The notes beneath the pieces were generated by a model. It saw nothing but the letters and a program-made list of their open reading frames with translations, did no database searches and was not told the DNA's origin. Made by a program: the position numbers and the translations under genes. Of a stretch of 64,000 bases of DNA, positions 9,873 through 21,098 are shown one piece after another; the first letter of the stretch is position 1, and every line of letters begins with the position of its first letter. The stretch is from Candidatus Bathyarchaeota archaeon (GTDB lineage Archaea > Thermoproteota > Bathyarchaeia > Bathyarchaeales > Bathycorpusculaceae), in NCBI GenBank assembly GCA_963777155.1, contig CAVZPM010000039.1:1-64000 (forward strand), read 5' to 3'.

Positions 9873-10479
9873 GGAATTGACGTTGTCTGACACAAGAAAA
9901 GTAGTTTATCAGAGACTTGGTGGGTCCTCAGGTTTAGTAGCGCCAATAGTTGCCTTCGTCTGCATATCAGTTGCCATCGCATCTTACCCTCAATTTAGCT
10001 GGACAAACAATGCGTTAAGCGACTTAGGCGTCGTTTCGGGCTTAACTGAGTCAGCCTTCAACTTCGGGCTTTTAGCCGCTGGACTTTTAACTTTCAACTT
10101 TGCCATATTCGGGTTATACAGCTATCTTGGGAAAAACTGGGTGGGAAAAACCGGTTCAGCAGTTTTCGCTGGCTCATCTTTGGCGCTTATTGCAATCAGT
10201 GTGTTTACTGAGGATTATTCGCCTTTACACTACATTGTATCTGTACTGTTCTTTGTTTTGGTGCCGATTTCCCTTTTCCTCATTAGTGGCGCGTTTTTGC
10301 TTAATCATCAACGTAAGATGTCGGTTTTCACTGTTGGGGTTGGGTTTGCAGCGGCCTTGCCTTGGCTTCTGCAATTCGTGTTTAACTATGTACCCAACGT
10401 CGCAATTCCTGAAACTGCATCTGGGCTTGCTGTTTCATTATGGGCTATCGTAGTTGGCAAAAAAATGTTAAAGCCCTAA
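9865..10479 (+). CDS. DUF998 family membrane protein
   Basis: FSWTNNALSDLG motif, TM helices, AIPE near the C-terminus. Confidence 0.8.
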   Translation: MFEELTLSDTRKVVYQRLGGSSGLVAPIVAFVCISVAIASYPQFSWTNNALSDLGVVSGLTESAFNFGLLAAGLLTFNFAIFGLYSYLGKNWVGKTGSAVFAGSSLALIAISVFTEDYSPLHYIVSVLFFVLVPISLFLISGAFLLNHQRKMSVFTVGVGFAAALPWLLQFVFNYVPNVAIPETASGLAVSLWAIVVGKKMLKP

Positions 10480-11480
10480 ATCGAAACTGCGTCACGGTAC
10501 ATTTGGGCGCAGCAATAAGACGAAAAAGTTATCTTCAAATCTCTGGCCTTGGCGTATTCGACTGCTTGTTCGCTGGGAAACGCAACAGCATCAACGCCTG
10601 CTTTCAATGCTAAAACTTCTGTTTCAGCGCGGTTTTTTCCTTTTGGACGCATGCAGCCTAAAACCAGCGGGGTCTCGGGAAACATCAAACGTGCTGTCGA
10701 TGCGACTTTTGCGATGTCGGTGGGCTTTGGCGGCAAAATATTTTCCATGGCTGTTCCGCGGATAGGCATGAAAGCTATGATAACGATGGCTGAGGGCTTG
10801 ACTTTTGCAATCATCTTTAGCGCCTGCAGTTCACCGTCGAGTTTGCCCCGATTTAACCCAACAATGACATGGGGTACAAACGCCAATTCAGCATCCTTTA
10901 GCGCCTTTAGAGAATCAGCAAAATCTTCGACGTCTACTTTGAGGTTGTAGATATCCCCAACTGTTTCATCGGAACCAATCACATCTATTAACGCTGCATC
11001 GACACCTGCCATCTTTAGTGCCATGGCTGTTTTCTGCGATATCATTCCTGTATGGACAAAAACGGTTAAGCCAAGTTCCTGCTTAAACCTGCCCAGCACA
11101 GAAACAAATTTGTCAAGCGGCACGGAACCGTCAGTTAAGCATCCGCCGCTGACAAGACATCCTTTCGCCCCTTTCTGCTTTCAATTTCATGCCCAAATCA
11201 AAGAGTTCCTGTGGAGAGAGCGCTGGATGCATGGTTTCGAGGACTTTGCCGCCACAGTGTTTACAGTTCAAAGACACAAGTTGTTTCCTGTGACTGAAAT
11301 TGTGGGGAAATCGGTTGTTGAAGAGCAGAAATTCTTGGTTTTGTAGTAGGTGAAGCTGGGCGCGTAGAAGCGGATTTCTTGGCTTCTCGGTTTAATTGTG
11401 CCTGAGTCAAGCAAGTTTAAGAGTTCTTTTTCGTTCAGGTTCCAGATTGCTTCTGGGGATAGCGGCGGCATATTTTTCAA
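10476..11480 (-). CDS. radical SAM protein, LipS1-like archaeal lipoyl synthase subunit (frameshifted)
   Basis: after repairing insertions near 11275-11285 and 11180: ISVTG.CxLNCKHC, GCLVSGG, LGCMRP and C-terminal CC. Confidence 0.75.
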
Positions 11481-11596
11481 GCGTAAGAATTCCTTGCGTA
11501 ACTTAAGAGCTTAGTGCAAAAAACTTTCTTAGTTTTTTGTCTTTTTTCGTTTAGTCGGGGTTTCTAAACTGAAAGAAATGGGTTATTTTGGCTCGC

Positions 11597-14374
11597 TTAG
11601 GTGTGGTCGTGTTTGCTTAAATCTTCAGTGCTTTTTGAGAATCGTCGTACAAAGAACTTTCTGATTTCTTCAGCAAATATTACAGTCAACGCCAGCCCAA
11701 TAAGAAATACCCAGTCGGTTAAGCCCAATGCAGTTGTTCCAAACACATGTTGCAGCAAAGGAACATAGACCAAAAGCGCTAAGATTGTTATTTGTGAAAT
11801 AATGCCAAATATTATCCATTTGTTGGTAGCTATGCTTGTTCTAAAGACTGATTGTCTGCTGGTTCTGCATGCCAGTACGTTTCCGGCTTGAGCGACAACG
11901 ATGCCTGCAAACGTCAAAGTTACTCCCTTAGTATAGACACCCGATGTGTAGAATGGGCTATCAGCGGTTAATGCCATACCATAATGCCATCCACCAGCCG
12001 TCCATGCGCCTATGCATCCAATCATAGCACCGACTGCGATGATTACGCCGATGTAGAGGGAGCGTCCAAAGACTTTGCCAGTGAATAGTCTTTCTTTTAG
12101 GCTTCTTGGCGGTTCCTCCATTATTCCTGCTTCTGGAGGTTCACGACTCAACGCTAAACTGGGAATGACGTCTATTGCCAGGTCGATAGCTAAAACTTGT
12201 ACGACAAGTAGTGGAAGAGGAATTGCTAGCACGGCGTAGAGTACGTAGGGAATCAGTTCTGCCCAGTTGTGTGCGAAGACGTAGACGATGAATTTACGGA
12301 TGTTCTCGTAGATTGCTCTGCCAGACTCAACAGCTTTAACTATCGATGCGAAGCTGTCGTCTAGAAGGACGATGTCTGCTGCTTCACGTGCTACATCTGT
12401 GCCCGAGGCTCCCATGGCAACTCCAATGTCAGCTTCTTTAAGCGAAGGAGCATCGTTGGCGCCATCACCTGTTACCGCAACGATTTCGCCGCTGCTTTTG
12501 AGAACTTTGACTATGCGGAGTTTCTGTTCAGGTGCGACACGGGCGAAAACTACGTTTCCCTGTCGTACCTCTTTGATAATTGCTTGGTCGCTTAAGTCGT
12601 CAAGGTCGACTCCGCGGATAACTTGGCAGCACTCCTTATCGGCGATTCCAACTTCTTTGGCTATTGCTTCGGCGGTTGGACCGTAGTCACCGGTGATTAT
12701 AACAGTTTTTATTCCTGCTTGCTGCGCCTTTAGAACTGCGTCTTTAACCTCGGTTCTTGGGGGGTCACGCATTGCAGCCAAACCCACAAACACGAGGTCT
12801 TTTTCTGCTTCTTCTTTCTTGTATTGGCTACTGGGAACTTTCTTGTATGCTACAGCGATTAGTCTTAATCCTTGGTTGGCGAATGCATGAATTTTTGATT
12901 CAATAACCATGAGGTTTTCTTCGCTTAACTCTTCAACTTTGCCATCTGCCAAGACTTTGGTGCATAAGTCTAGAATGTTTCGAGGAGCACCCTTTGTGTA
13001 AACATAAACATCGTTTTTCACAACATGAATGGTGCTCATTAGTTTACGTTCAAAACTAAAGGGCAAAATATCTTCAATAGGCTTCTGCGATAGGGCATCC
13101 TGAATGTTAACGCTTGATTTAAGAGCAGCAACAAGCAAAGCACCGTCGGTTGGGTCGCCGATTACGCTCCAACTTCTATTCTTATCTGAAGGAGGATCAA
13201 CTTTTGCTCCGTTACAGAGCGCTGCGATCTCTAAAAGTTTCTCCACAGGTTTTGATTGCTCTGCAATCAACGGTTGACCATTTACTGTGAACTCTCCCTC
13301 GGGCATGTAACCTAAGCCAGAAATGTCCACGGTAACATCATAGACCCATAACTTGTTAACGGTCATTTCCCCTTTCGTAATAGTGCCCGTTTTATCTGTA
13401 CATATTACGGTAACGCTGCCCAAAGTTTGCACAGCTGACAACCGTTTTACTACAACGTTCTGCTTGACCATCTTTAACACGTTGATGGCTAAGGCGCTGG
13501 ATACTGTAACCTGCAATCCTTCAGGCACACAGCAAACCATGACACCGATCATGAAAAGAATGCTTGTTGCAAGAGGAACCTTTAGAAAAAGAAAACTAGC
13601 AATAAAGAAAGCCGTGCCTACAATGACAGCGATGATAAAGTCGTACTTTGCGGTTAATGCGATTTCTTTTTGGAGAGGGCTTTCTTCTTCTTTAATAGTC
13701 TGGGTTAAGCTGGCAATTTTGCCAAACTGAGTGCTCATACCGGTGGAGTAGACAACTGCTTTGCCTTGACCTTTGGAGACACTGGTACTCATGAAAACAA
13801 GGTTAGGTGAGTACATGTATGCTTTTTCAACAACTTTGGTTGGTTCTGCAATACGAGGTTGAGGTTCCGATTCACCTGTTAGAGGCACGTTATTTGTAAA
13901 CAGGTCGAAGGCCTCCATTAAGCGACCGTCTGCGGGAACACGATCGCCTTCTTCCAATAAGACAACGTCTCCTGGAACAATTTCGCTAACCGAAATTTTC
14001 TTTAATTCGCCATCGCGGACAACTTTGGCGAATTCGGGCATCCAGCTTTTGAGGGTTTCCATGGCTTTTTCTGCCCGTGACTCCTGAAAGATGCTTACAA
14101 AAATGTTAACGAAAACTACGGCTAATATGATTAGAGCAAGCTCGGGACTGCCGCTGATGTAGGATAGGATAGCCGCGACAAGCAGCAAAATGCCAAATAA
14201 ATCTTTCAGGTGACGGATGAATTTGTGTACGAAGGGAATCTGCCTTTTCTCTGAAAGCTTGTTATAACCGTATTTTTTAAGGCGCAGTTTAGCTTCTTCG
14301 CTTGTTAAACCATTTTCTGATGTATTTAGTTCATTGAAAACCTCATTAATTGGCAAAGAAGCAGCTTTTTCCAA
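11597..14374 (-). CDS. cation-transporting P-type ATPase, type IIC (Na/K-ATPase)-like
   Basis: LTGESEP, VPEGL, DKTGT, KGAP, TGDGAND, IDLAIDVIPSLAL. Confidence 0.92.
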   Translation of the reverse strand: MEKAASLPINEVFNELNTSENGLTSEEAKLRLKKYGYNKLSEKRQIPFVHKFIRHLKDLFGILLLVAAILSYISGSPELALIILAVVFVNIFVSIFQESRAEKAMETLKSWMPEFAKVVRDGELKKISVSEIVPGDVVLLEEGDRVPADGRLMEAFDLFTNNVPLTGESEPQPRIAEPTKVVEKAYMYSPNLVFMSTSVSKGQGKAVVYSTGMSTQFGKIASLTQTIKEEESPLQKEIALTAKYDFIIAVIVGTAFFIASFLFLKVPLATSILFMIGVMVCCVPEGLQVTVSSALAINVLKMVKQNVVVKRLSAVQTLGSVTVICTDKTGTITKGEMTVNKLWVYDVTVDISGLGYMPEGEFTVNGQPLIAEQSKPVEKLLEIAALCNGAKVDPPSDKNRSWSVIGDPTDGALLVAALKSSVNIQDALSQKPIEDILPFSFERKLMSTIHVVKNDVYVYTKGAPRNILDLCTKVLADGKVEELSEENLMVIESKIHAFANQGLRLIAVAYKKVPSSQYKKEEAEKDLVFVGLAAMRDPPRTEVKDAVLKAQQAGIKTVIITGDYGPTAEAIAKEVGIADKECCQVIRGVDLDDLSDQAIIKEVRQGNVVFARVAPEQKLRIVKVLKSSGEIVAVTGDGANDAPSLKEADIGVAMGASGTDVAREAADIVLLDDSFASIVKAVESGRAIYENIRKFIVYVFAHNWAELIPYVLYAVLAIPLPLLVVQVLAIDLAIDVIPSLALSREPPEAGIMEEPPRSLKERLFTGKVFGRSLYIGVIIAVGAMIGCIGAWTAGGWHYGMALTADSPFYTSGVYTKGVTLTFAGIVVAQAGNVLACRTSRQSVFRTSIATNKWIIFGIISQITILALLVYVPLLQHVFGTTALGLTDWVFLIGLALTVIFAEEIRKFFVRRFSKSTEDLSKHDHT

Positions 14375-14424
14375 TATTATACCGCCAAAACCTCAAGAAT
14401 ATTTAGTTAGTAACAACCCCGACA

Positions 14425-14535
14425 ATAAACGAAGATGGATGGTGCTAATGATTCCTGAAACAATTCCTCGTTTCCCCGAGTTGCAACAGCTTGAAGGTGC
14501 ATTCCTATCCTCAGCATTTAATCTTCATCGTTAAT
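14425..14535 (-). promoter_or_regulatory. candidate structured 5' leader of the P-type ATPase
   Basis: nested pairings gaagat/atcttc, tgctga/ttagca, gat/atc, tgca/tgca and ctcg-gggaaa-cgag, seen by eye. Confidence 0.4.
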
Positions 14536-14983
14536 TTTGATGGATTAATTCAAGCCTATTGTTAATTGTTGCATTTAAACTAATCGTAAACGCCGTCTTC
14601 TTTAACGTTAATAAGATGGTGTGCACCAATGAATTGATTAAGACTTTATTGTTCAATTGACTTTTCTCCTATTTGCTGTTTGGTTTGTACTAGAAAAGCA
14701 GATTTAATGTTTTTTGCGAATTAGGCTTTACTAGCTTGCAAAGTTTGCCAAGCATCGCTCCACTGTCAATTAAGGGGTAGAATAGGCGAAAATCAATCCT
14801 TAAAGATCTAAACAACCAGTTTTTAAGCCCAACTGTTTTCAAAAAACATTCCATAAAGTTAATAGGACACAAACTCTCCTTCCATGTAGCTTATCAATTT
14901 CAGAGAGAGTAAATAATGCTTCAAATAATTAAAAAACAGGTCTTTCAAGTAATAAATTCAATTAAATTGGAGTTTGTATAGTT

Positions 14984-17201
14984 ATGGCGCGTTATAGGCA
15001 GACAGACGAAATTGTAAAACTGATGGAAACACCCATTTTCATACGCAACACCAGCATCATCGCTCACGTTGACCATGGAAAAACAACCTTGGCCGACAGT
15101 CTTCTAGCCGCAGCAGGAATCATCAGTACCCAAACGGCAGGACAGAAACTGTTCCTTGACTCATGGGACCTTGAGCAGAAAGCGTCAAATGACCGTTTTC
15201 GCCTCAAACGTCAGCCTCGTCCACACATACAACAAGCAAGATTACCTCATCAACCTCATCGACACACCTGGCCACATTGACTTCTCAGGCGCAGTCACCA
15301 GAAGCCTAAGAGCAGTCGACGGCGCACTCGTGGTTGTCGATGCAGTTGAGGGACCAATGACCCAGACCGAAACCGTTCTAATGCAAGCCCTAAGAGAACG
15401 CGTAAAACCAATTCTATTCATCAACAAAGTTGACCGTTTGATTAAAGAAATTAAACTTTCCCCCCAAGAAATCCAGAAGAAATTTGCAAAGATTCTCCTA
15501 AGAGTTAACACTTTAATCGAGAAATATGCACCTGCCGAGCACAAGAAAGACTGGCAAGTAACAATTGAAGATAGCCGTGTAGCATTTGGGTCAGCCCTTC
15601 ACAAATGGGGCTTAAACCTTGATCATATGAAAATGAAGAAAGTCTCCTTCCAAGACATCATCGATGCTTACTCAGGTGACCCAATTGAAGTCGGTAGAAA
15701 AGTCGATGAACTCAGCAAAAAAGCACCCTTGCCCGAACCAATCTTGGACATGTTCGTTAAACATCTTCCAAACCCCTATGATGCTCAGCCCTACAGACAA
15801 CCTCAAATTTGGCCAGGCGACGTATCAAGTCCAACAGGTCAAGGAATGGCAAAAGTCGATCCTAAAGCGCCGTTGCTCATGTGCATCTCCACCATCGAAG
15901 TTGACCCACACAGCGGAACAGTCGCAATCGGCAGAATTTTCAGCGGTTCAATCGAGAGAGGCAAAACCGTTCAGCTTTTAAGCAGCAACCAGAAAGGCAC
16001 TATTCAACAAGTTTTCATGAGTATGGCAACTGACCGAGTCTTCATCGACCGCGTGCCAGCAGGCAACATCGGAGCCATTTCTGGTCTTCCATCCATCCAC
16101 GTCGGAGAAACCATCGCTGAAGAAGGCGCAGAGGTACACTCTTTTGAAGGCTTAAACTACGTTTCAGACCCAGTCGTAACGGTCGCTGTAGAACCAGAAG
16201 ACGTCAAAGACTTACCTTTATTCGACAAAGTTATGCACAAACTCACAACCGAAGACCCCAATTTGCACTTCATCATGAACAAAGAAAGCGGCGAATTCCT
16301 TCTATCAGGTATGGGTGAGCTTCACCTTGAAATCACCGCTTACCGAATGCAGGAAGCAGGCTTAAAAGTTAAACTCAGCAAGCCAATCGTTATCTTCAGA
16401 GAGACCATCAGTCACGATTACAAGGGACCAGCAATCATGGGTAAAAGCCCCAACAAACACAACAAACTCTGGGTAACCATCGACAAGTTATCTAATGAAG
16501 TCATCGAGGCAATTAAATCTGAAAAAATCTCTGATATGCAAAGCAGGGACGAGCGAACCAAAGTCTTAAGGTCACTTGGCTGGGCACCAGACGAAGCCAA
16601 AGGCGCTGTAGCGGTTGAAGAAAACTGCATACTCTGCAACCGCATCCGCGGACGCCAATACGTAGAAGAAATCCTCGACCACATCAAAACTGGATTCCGC
16701 GAAGCAGTCCACACATCCCCACTCGCCAAGGAACCCGCATACGGCTTAAAAATTAATCTTGAAGACATAACCCTCCACGAGGACCCAGTCCACCGCGGAC
16801 CAGCACAAGCTATTCCCATGACCTGGAGACCGATCTACTGCGCAATACTCCTAAGCGACCCGAAACTGCTCGAGCCATTGATGAGCTTCGAATGTAAAGT
16901 TCCAAGCGAGTATGTTAGTGCCGTCATCACAATGCTAAACAAACGCCGCGGCAAAATCCTAGACATGCCCTCAGAAGATGACATAATTACCGTGAAAGCA
17001 GAAATGCCAGTCTCCGAAAGCTTCGGCATAGCTGACGAATTGCGAGGTTCAACTTCAGGCAGAGCATTCTGGGCTACACAGTTCAGCCGCTGGGCATATG
17101 TTCCAGAACAAATGCAGGCAGAAACCATAAAGAAGATTCGTGAACGCAGAGGATTACCACCGGTACCACCAACGCCAGAAGAATACTTTGAGAAAGAATA
17201 A
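14984..17201 (+). CDS. elongation factor EF-2 paralog (aEF-2p-like), one frameshift near 15180
   Basis: [37 protein letters not shown]; no flanking rps12/rps7. Confidence 0.9.
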
Positions 17202-17336
17202 TCTCTTTCTTCCTTCTTTATTTTCTTGTTTCAGTTTTCTAAAAAATTTACGTGTTTTGATTTCCTTTTTGGCAAGAATTTTCTCGGAAGGGGGAAGGCT
17301 TTAAAGTCAATTCCAAGTTAAGATTAGTGACAGCTT

Positions 17337-17927
17337 ATGAAGATTGTTGGAATTTCTGGAAGCCCAAGACACCAAGCTACCGAACATATGCTGGAAGAAT
17401 CCTTAAAACTACTTGCAGAAAAAGGCTACGAAACTAAACTGTGGACGGTTCGCGGAAAATGGGTCGACTACTGTGCACACTGTGACTATTGTCTCAAAAA
17501 CAAAGAATGCGTCGTTCAAGACGACCTCCAGGAACTCTATGCACTGCTAGCCGAAGCTAATGGCATTATCTTTGCAAGCCCCGTCTACAACGGCGGAGTT
17601 AGCGCCCAAACCAAAGCCGTCATGGATCGAATGCGAGCGGCAGTTGCAGCCGATAAGAACTTTTTTAAGGGCAAAGTCGGCATGGGCATCGTGTCTGGTG
17701 GCGACAGAAACGGCGGACAAGAATTCGCTCTTATGCAAATCCATAATTTCTTCTTGATTAACGGCATGATTGGGGTTGGCGGCGGCTTTTTCGGCGCCAA
17801 TTTAGGCGCAACATTTTGGAGCAAGGACACGTTGGAAGGAGCCCTTCAAGATGAGGAGGGTTTTCGAAGCCTAAAGAAAACCACAAAACGCTTTGCCGAA
17901 TACTTGGAACTTTACGGTAAAAAATAG
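17337..17927 (+). CDS. iron-sulfur flavoprotein (Isf/flavodoxin family)
   Basis: GISGSPR, CAHCDYC..C, SPVY, RNGGQE. Confidence 0.9.
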   Translation: MKIVGISGSPRHQATEHMLEESLKLLAEKGYETKLWTVRGKWVDYCAHCDYCLKNKECVVQDDLQELYALLAEANGIIFASPVYNGGVSAQTKAVMDRMRAAVAADKNFFKGKVGMGIVSGGDRNGGQEFALMQIHNFFLINGMIGVGGGFFGANLGATFWSKDTLEGALQDEEGFRSLKKTTKRFAEYLELYGKK

Positions 17928-17937
17928 GGTGAATGTT

Positions 17938-18523
17938 ATGGCTGAAGTTAAAGTTAAGAAAATTAAGGTTGCCTGGGGAATAACTGGTGCAGGAGATAAA
18001 ATAGCTGAAATTATCGAAACCATGAAAGACCTAAAGCGACAATCCGAGGGCATTGTTGAAATCGACGTTTACGTCTCCAAAGCAGCCGACACCATGCTCA
18101 AATTCTACCGTTTAGACGAGGAATTAAAGAAGAGCTTTGCCAAAGTCACCGTTGAATCAAATCCAAATTCGCCTTTCCTGGCCGGTTTGATGCAGAGCCA
18201 CAAATACGAGTTTCTGCTGATTTTTCCAGCATCTTCAAACACCGTGGCTAAACTCGTAAACGGCATCGGAGACACGCTAATAACAAACTCAGCCATCATG
18301 AGCCTCAAAGCGTTCGTGCCAGTTTGGGTTATGCCCGTGGACTACAAAGAAAGCGTCATCTCAACTAAGCTGCCTAACGGCAAAGAGATGAGAATTCGTG
18401 TACGTAAAGAGGAAGCCGAGCAGGTGCGCAAGCTGGAAGCAACCGAGGATGTGCATGTTTTCGAGAACCCTCGCTAAGGTGCACGATGCTTTTTTGGAGT
18501 GGCTAAAAACCGTCAAGCAATAA
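17938..18523 (+). CDS. afpA: archaeoflavoprotein AfpA-like flavoprotein (extra base near 18470 truncates the ORF at 18477)
   Basis: VAWGITGAG, PASSNTVAK, GIGDTL, PVD; removing one C gives the tail AKVHDAFLEWLKTVKQ. Confidence 0.8.
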
Positions 18524-18737
18524 AGGAAATTGGACACTTTTGCATATGTGAAGGCGATGATTAAATGTTTAATATTGCTAATTCCTTTCGATCGAGTTAG
18601 CATTTTACTTTTACAATAGAGCAACTGAATATTTCTTATGCTGAGGGTTAATAGACTGCTGTAGTCGTCTTCGTTTGGATAAAGTATTTTAACTTAAAAT
18701 CTTTGTACTTGGAAGCATTTCAGGCAGGTTATTTGCT

Positions 18738-19271
18738 TTGCCGTTTCAGAGTGCCACGGAATACGTTGTAATGCGGTTCTTTCGCTTTTTTACTCGACTG
18801 CCTTTGAGGGAAATTATTCATTTGATTGCTCAGACAAAGCCATTTATGGACTACTTTAAGGGGTTCGAGAAAAACCGTGCTGTCCAAGGAATATTCGGGA
18901 AACAAACAGAGGAAGTTCTCAAGAACCTGAAAGTGGATTTCATTTGGTTCGGTTATATGGGAGTCAGCGACGGTGATGGGCACTTGATGGTGAATAAACG
19001 TTACTTGAACACTGGACGCAAACAAGACATCTATCTTGATGTTATCCATGAACTCTGCCATGTAAAACAGCACATGGCTGGCAGAAACCTCTTTGACCCT
19101 CGCTTTGACTATGTGGATAGACCAACAGAAATCGAAGCCTACCGGTACTCAGTATTAGAAGCCAAACGCATAGGGTTAAGTGCTTCGGAAATTCGCCTCT
19201 ACCTTAAAACTGAGATGATGAGCTCACAAGCTTTGGATAGGCTAATAGCTAACATGGGCATAGAAATTTGA
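18738..19271 (+). CDS. hypothetical protein with HExxH zincin-like motif
   Basis: IHELCHVKQ followed by PTEIEAY. Confidence 0.6.
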   Translation: MPFQSATEYVVMRFFRFFTRLPLREIIHLIAQTKPFMDYFKGFEKNRAVQGIFGKQTEEVLKNLKVDFIWFGYMGVSDGDGHLMVNKRYLNTGRKQDIYLDVIHELCHVKQHMAGRNLFDPRFDYVDRPTEIEAYRYSVLEAKRIGLSASEIRLYLKTEMMSSQALDRLIANMGIEI

Positions 19272-19330
19272 AACTTCTTGAAAAAATAATGTTTAGTTGG
19301 GTCGACTAGTTTTAGACTTACGTTTGAATC

Positions 19331-19792
19331 CTACAATAGACTATGCAGCGTGTGCCTGCGAACTAATCCGGTGTATACGGAAAAGGCAAGGATTGCAGCT
19401 AATAACAAAGCTTTGAATACGGTAACGTTTTGGAAAAGGGAGGCAACCGTAAGTACAGTTGGTAGAGCGCTAAGCAACAAATATGTAACTGGAAAGAGCT
19501 TCAAAGCCCTTCGGTTAACATTTGCTGTGCCTGCTTTTCGGAAAAAGAGCTCAGGCAGTTTTCCCATTCCGATAGTACAGGTTTTGCAGAAGTAGCATGT
19601 TACACAGCCATGTTTACCCAACTCATAGAAGACCAAGAATGCAGCTAGCCCAAAAAACAAAACAGCAGCCAACGGATAGAAAAGCGCGCATGAAAGGGCA
19701 CCTAACCCGATCCAAAGAATAATAGTCAAATTACCAAAAACTAGTTCAGTTTTTGAATAATCCTTTGTGTACCTACCAGGAGTTTCTGTCAT
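19331..19792 (-). CDS. membrane protein with CxxCxxCxxC cluster
   Basis: four hydrophobic segments and CVTCYFCKTCTIG. Confidence 0.7.
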   Translation of the reverse strand: MTETPGRYTKDYSKTELVFGNLTIILWIGLGALSCALFYPLAAVLFFGLAAFLVFYELGKHGCVTCYFCKTCTIGMGKLPELFFRKAGTANVNRRALKLFPVTYLLLSALPTVLTVASLFQNVTVFKALLLAAILAFSVYTGLVRRHTLHSLL

Positions 19793-19799
19793 TATTTTT

Positions 19800-21098
19800 T
19801 CATCTTTTGCATTTTTCCTGAAGGATTTTTTTGGTAACCCGTAAAGACAACGCTGCCGCAGTTAACATTGTCGGTAAGCCTTGCGAACGAGGCATCAATG
19901 ATAGGTCAGCAACCCAAAGGTCTTGAGGTAGCCATGAAGGATGCATTGATTCAACGTCGTCTTTAGTTAGCGGTACGGTGCCGCCAAGATGGCCTCCATG
20001 GATCATGCCGTCAACGAAGGGACCTTTTACTCCTGAAGCTTCCATTATCTGTTTTGCCTCATTTTTTGCTTTTTCGAGACTTTCGTAGTCTGCTTTAGTT
20101 AGAGATTTTGTGACGGTGCCATCGGCGGCAACAACGCCTTGTTCGGTGTCCGCCAGTTTAATCATCATGCCAACCCTATCCTCAGCCGATACATCTTTCC
20201 AGGGTTTATGGAACCAATACGATAACAAGTCGAAATAAGGTGACAGAATGTAGTTATCTTTCTTTATGAACCAAGCCATAGGTGGCTCATTCAGCATCTT
20301 TGAATCCTTTTGCACTCCGCCCACAGTGAGAACGACGTCAACCCACAAGTTATCTCTTGCAGGTAAATCGGATGCTTTCAAAATCTGGGCTGTCCCAATA
20401 CCGCCAGCTGATAATACAACAATATCAGCGTTGATTTTCATATGTGACGACCCATTAGAAACCAACACTCCAGACACGCGGTTGCCTTCGACTAACACTT
20501 TTTGAACTGGTGTATTTGTCAGCAATGAGATGCCTCTGCCTAGAAATTCTTTGTAGACACGCCTGCTATCCCATTTGGCACCTGTTGTGCAACCCAATTC
20601 ACAGTAGCCACATCCAACGCATTTGCTTAAGTCATCGACTTTTGGTGTCGGCTTAGGTTTATGACCCAAGAGTTCTGCGTGGTCATACATTTGCTGAGTA
20701 AGAGGACGCCACCTCTCCCGTGGTATAGGTGCGATCGTTAGGGATTTTTCGATTTCTTCAAATTCTTTAGAGAGGTCAAGCCCGATTTCCTTCAGACCAT
20801 TCTCCGCCCTAACCATGTTACCGCATGAAATTGAGGTGCAACCTCCTTCAGTGACACCTCTGAAAATAGCCAAATCTTGGCTTGCACGAGTAACTCCGTA
20901 GTGCGGAAACACATGTGTGATTGAGTTTTCATCCTTCAGAAGCCACGAGCCCCTGAGGGAACTAAGCCATGAAACCTTATGCGTAAGGGGACTAAATGGT
21001 TTGCCCGCCTCTAAAATTGTAACTTCAAAGCCATTCTGAGCCAGTTTACGAGCTGCTATTGCTCCACCAGCCCCAGATCCAACTACAATTGCTTTCAT
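19800..21098 (-). CDS. GMC-family FAD oxidoreductase with Cys cluster
   Basis: VVGSGAGG, CVGCGYCELGC, SAGGIGT, HLGGT, VADLS. Confidence 0.85.
   Translation of the reverse strand: MKAIVVGSGAGGAIAARKLAQNGFEVTILEAGKPFSPLTHKVSWLSSLRGSWLLKDENSITHVFPHYGVTRASQDLAIFRGVTEGGCTSISCGNMVRAENGLKEIGLDLSKEFEEIEKSLTIAPIPRERWRPLTQQMYDHAELLGHKPKPTPKVDDLSKCVGCGYCELGCTTGAKWDSRRVYKEFLGRGISLLTNTPVQKVLVEGNRVSGVLVSNGSSHMKINADIVVLSAGGIGTAQILKASDLPARDNLWVDVVLTVGGVQKDSKMLNEPPMAWFIKKDNYILSPYFDLLSYWFHKPWKDVSAEDRVGMMIKLADTEQGVVAADGTVTKSLTKADYESLEKAKNEAKQIMEASGVKGPFVDGMIHGGHLGGTVPLTKDDVESMHPSWLPQDLWVADLSLMPRSQGLPTMLTAAALSLRVTKKILQEKCKR

Noticed and set aside
14425-14535. c-di-AMP (ydaO) riboswitch
   Set aside because: Only scattered words (gctga, cggggaa, gaatc) match; the pseudo-symmetric consensus is not recovered
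15170-15190. Programmed frameshifting in EF-2 (and purA, htrA)
   Set aside because: No slippery heptamer or shared signal; same insertion pattern in unrelated genes
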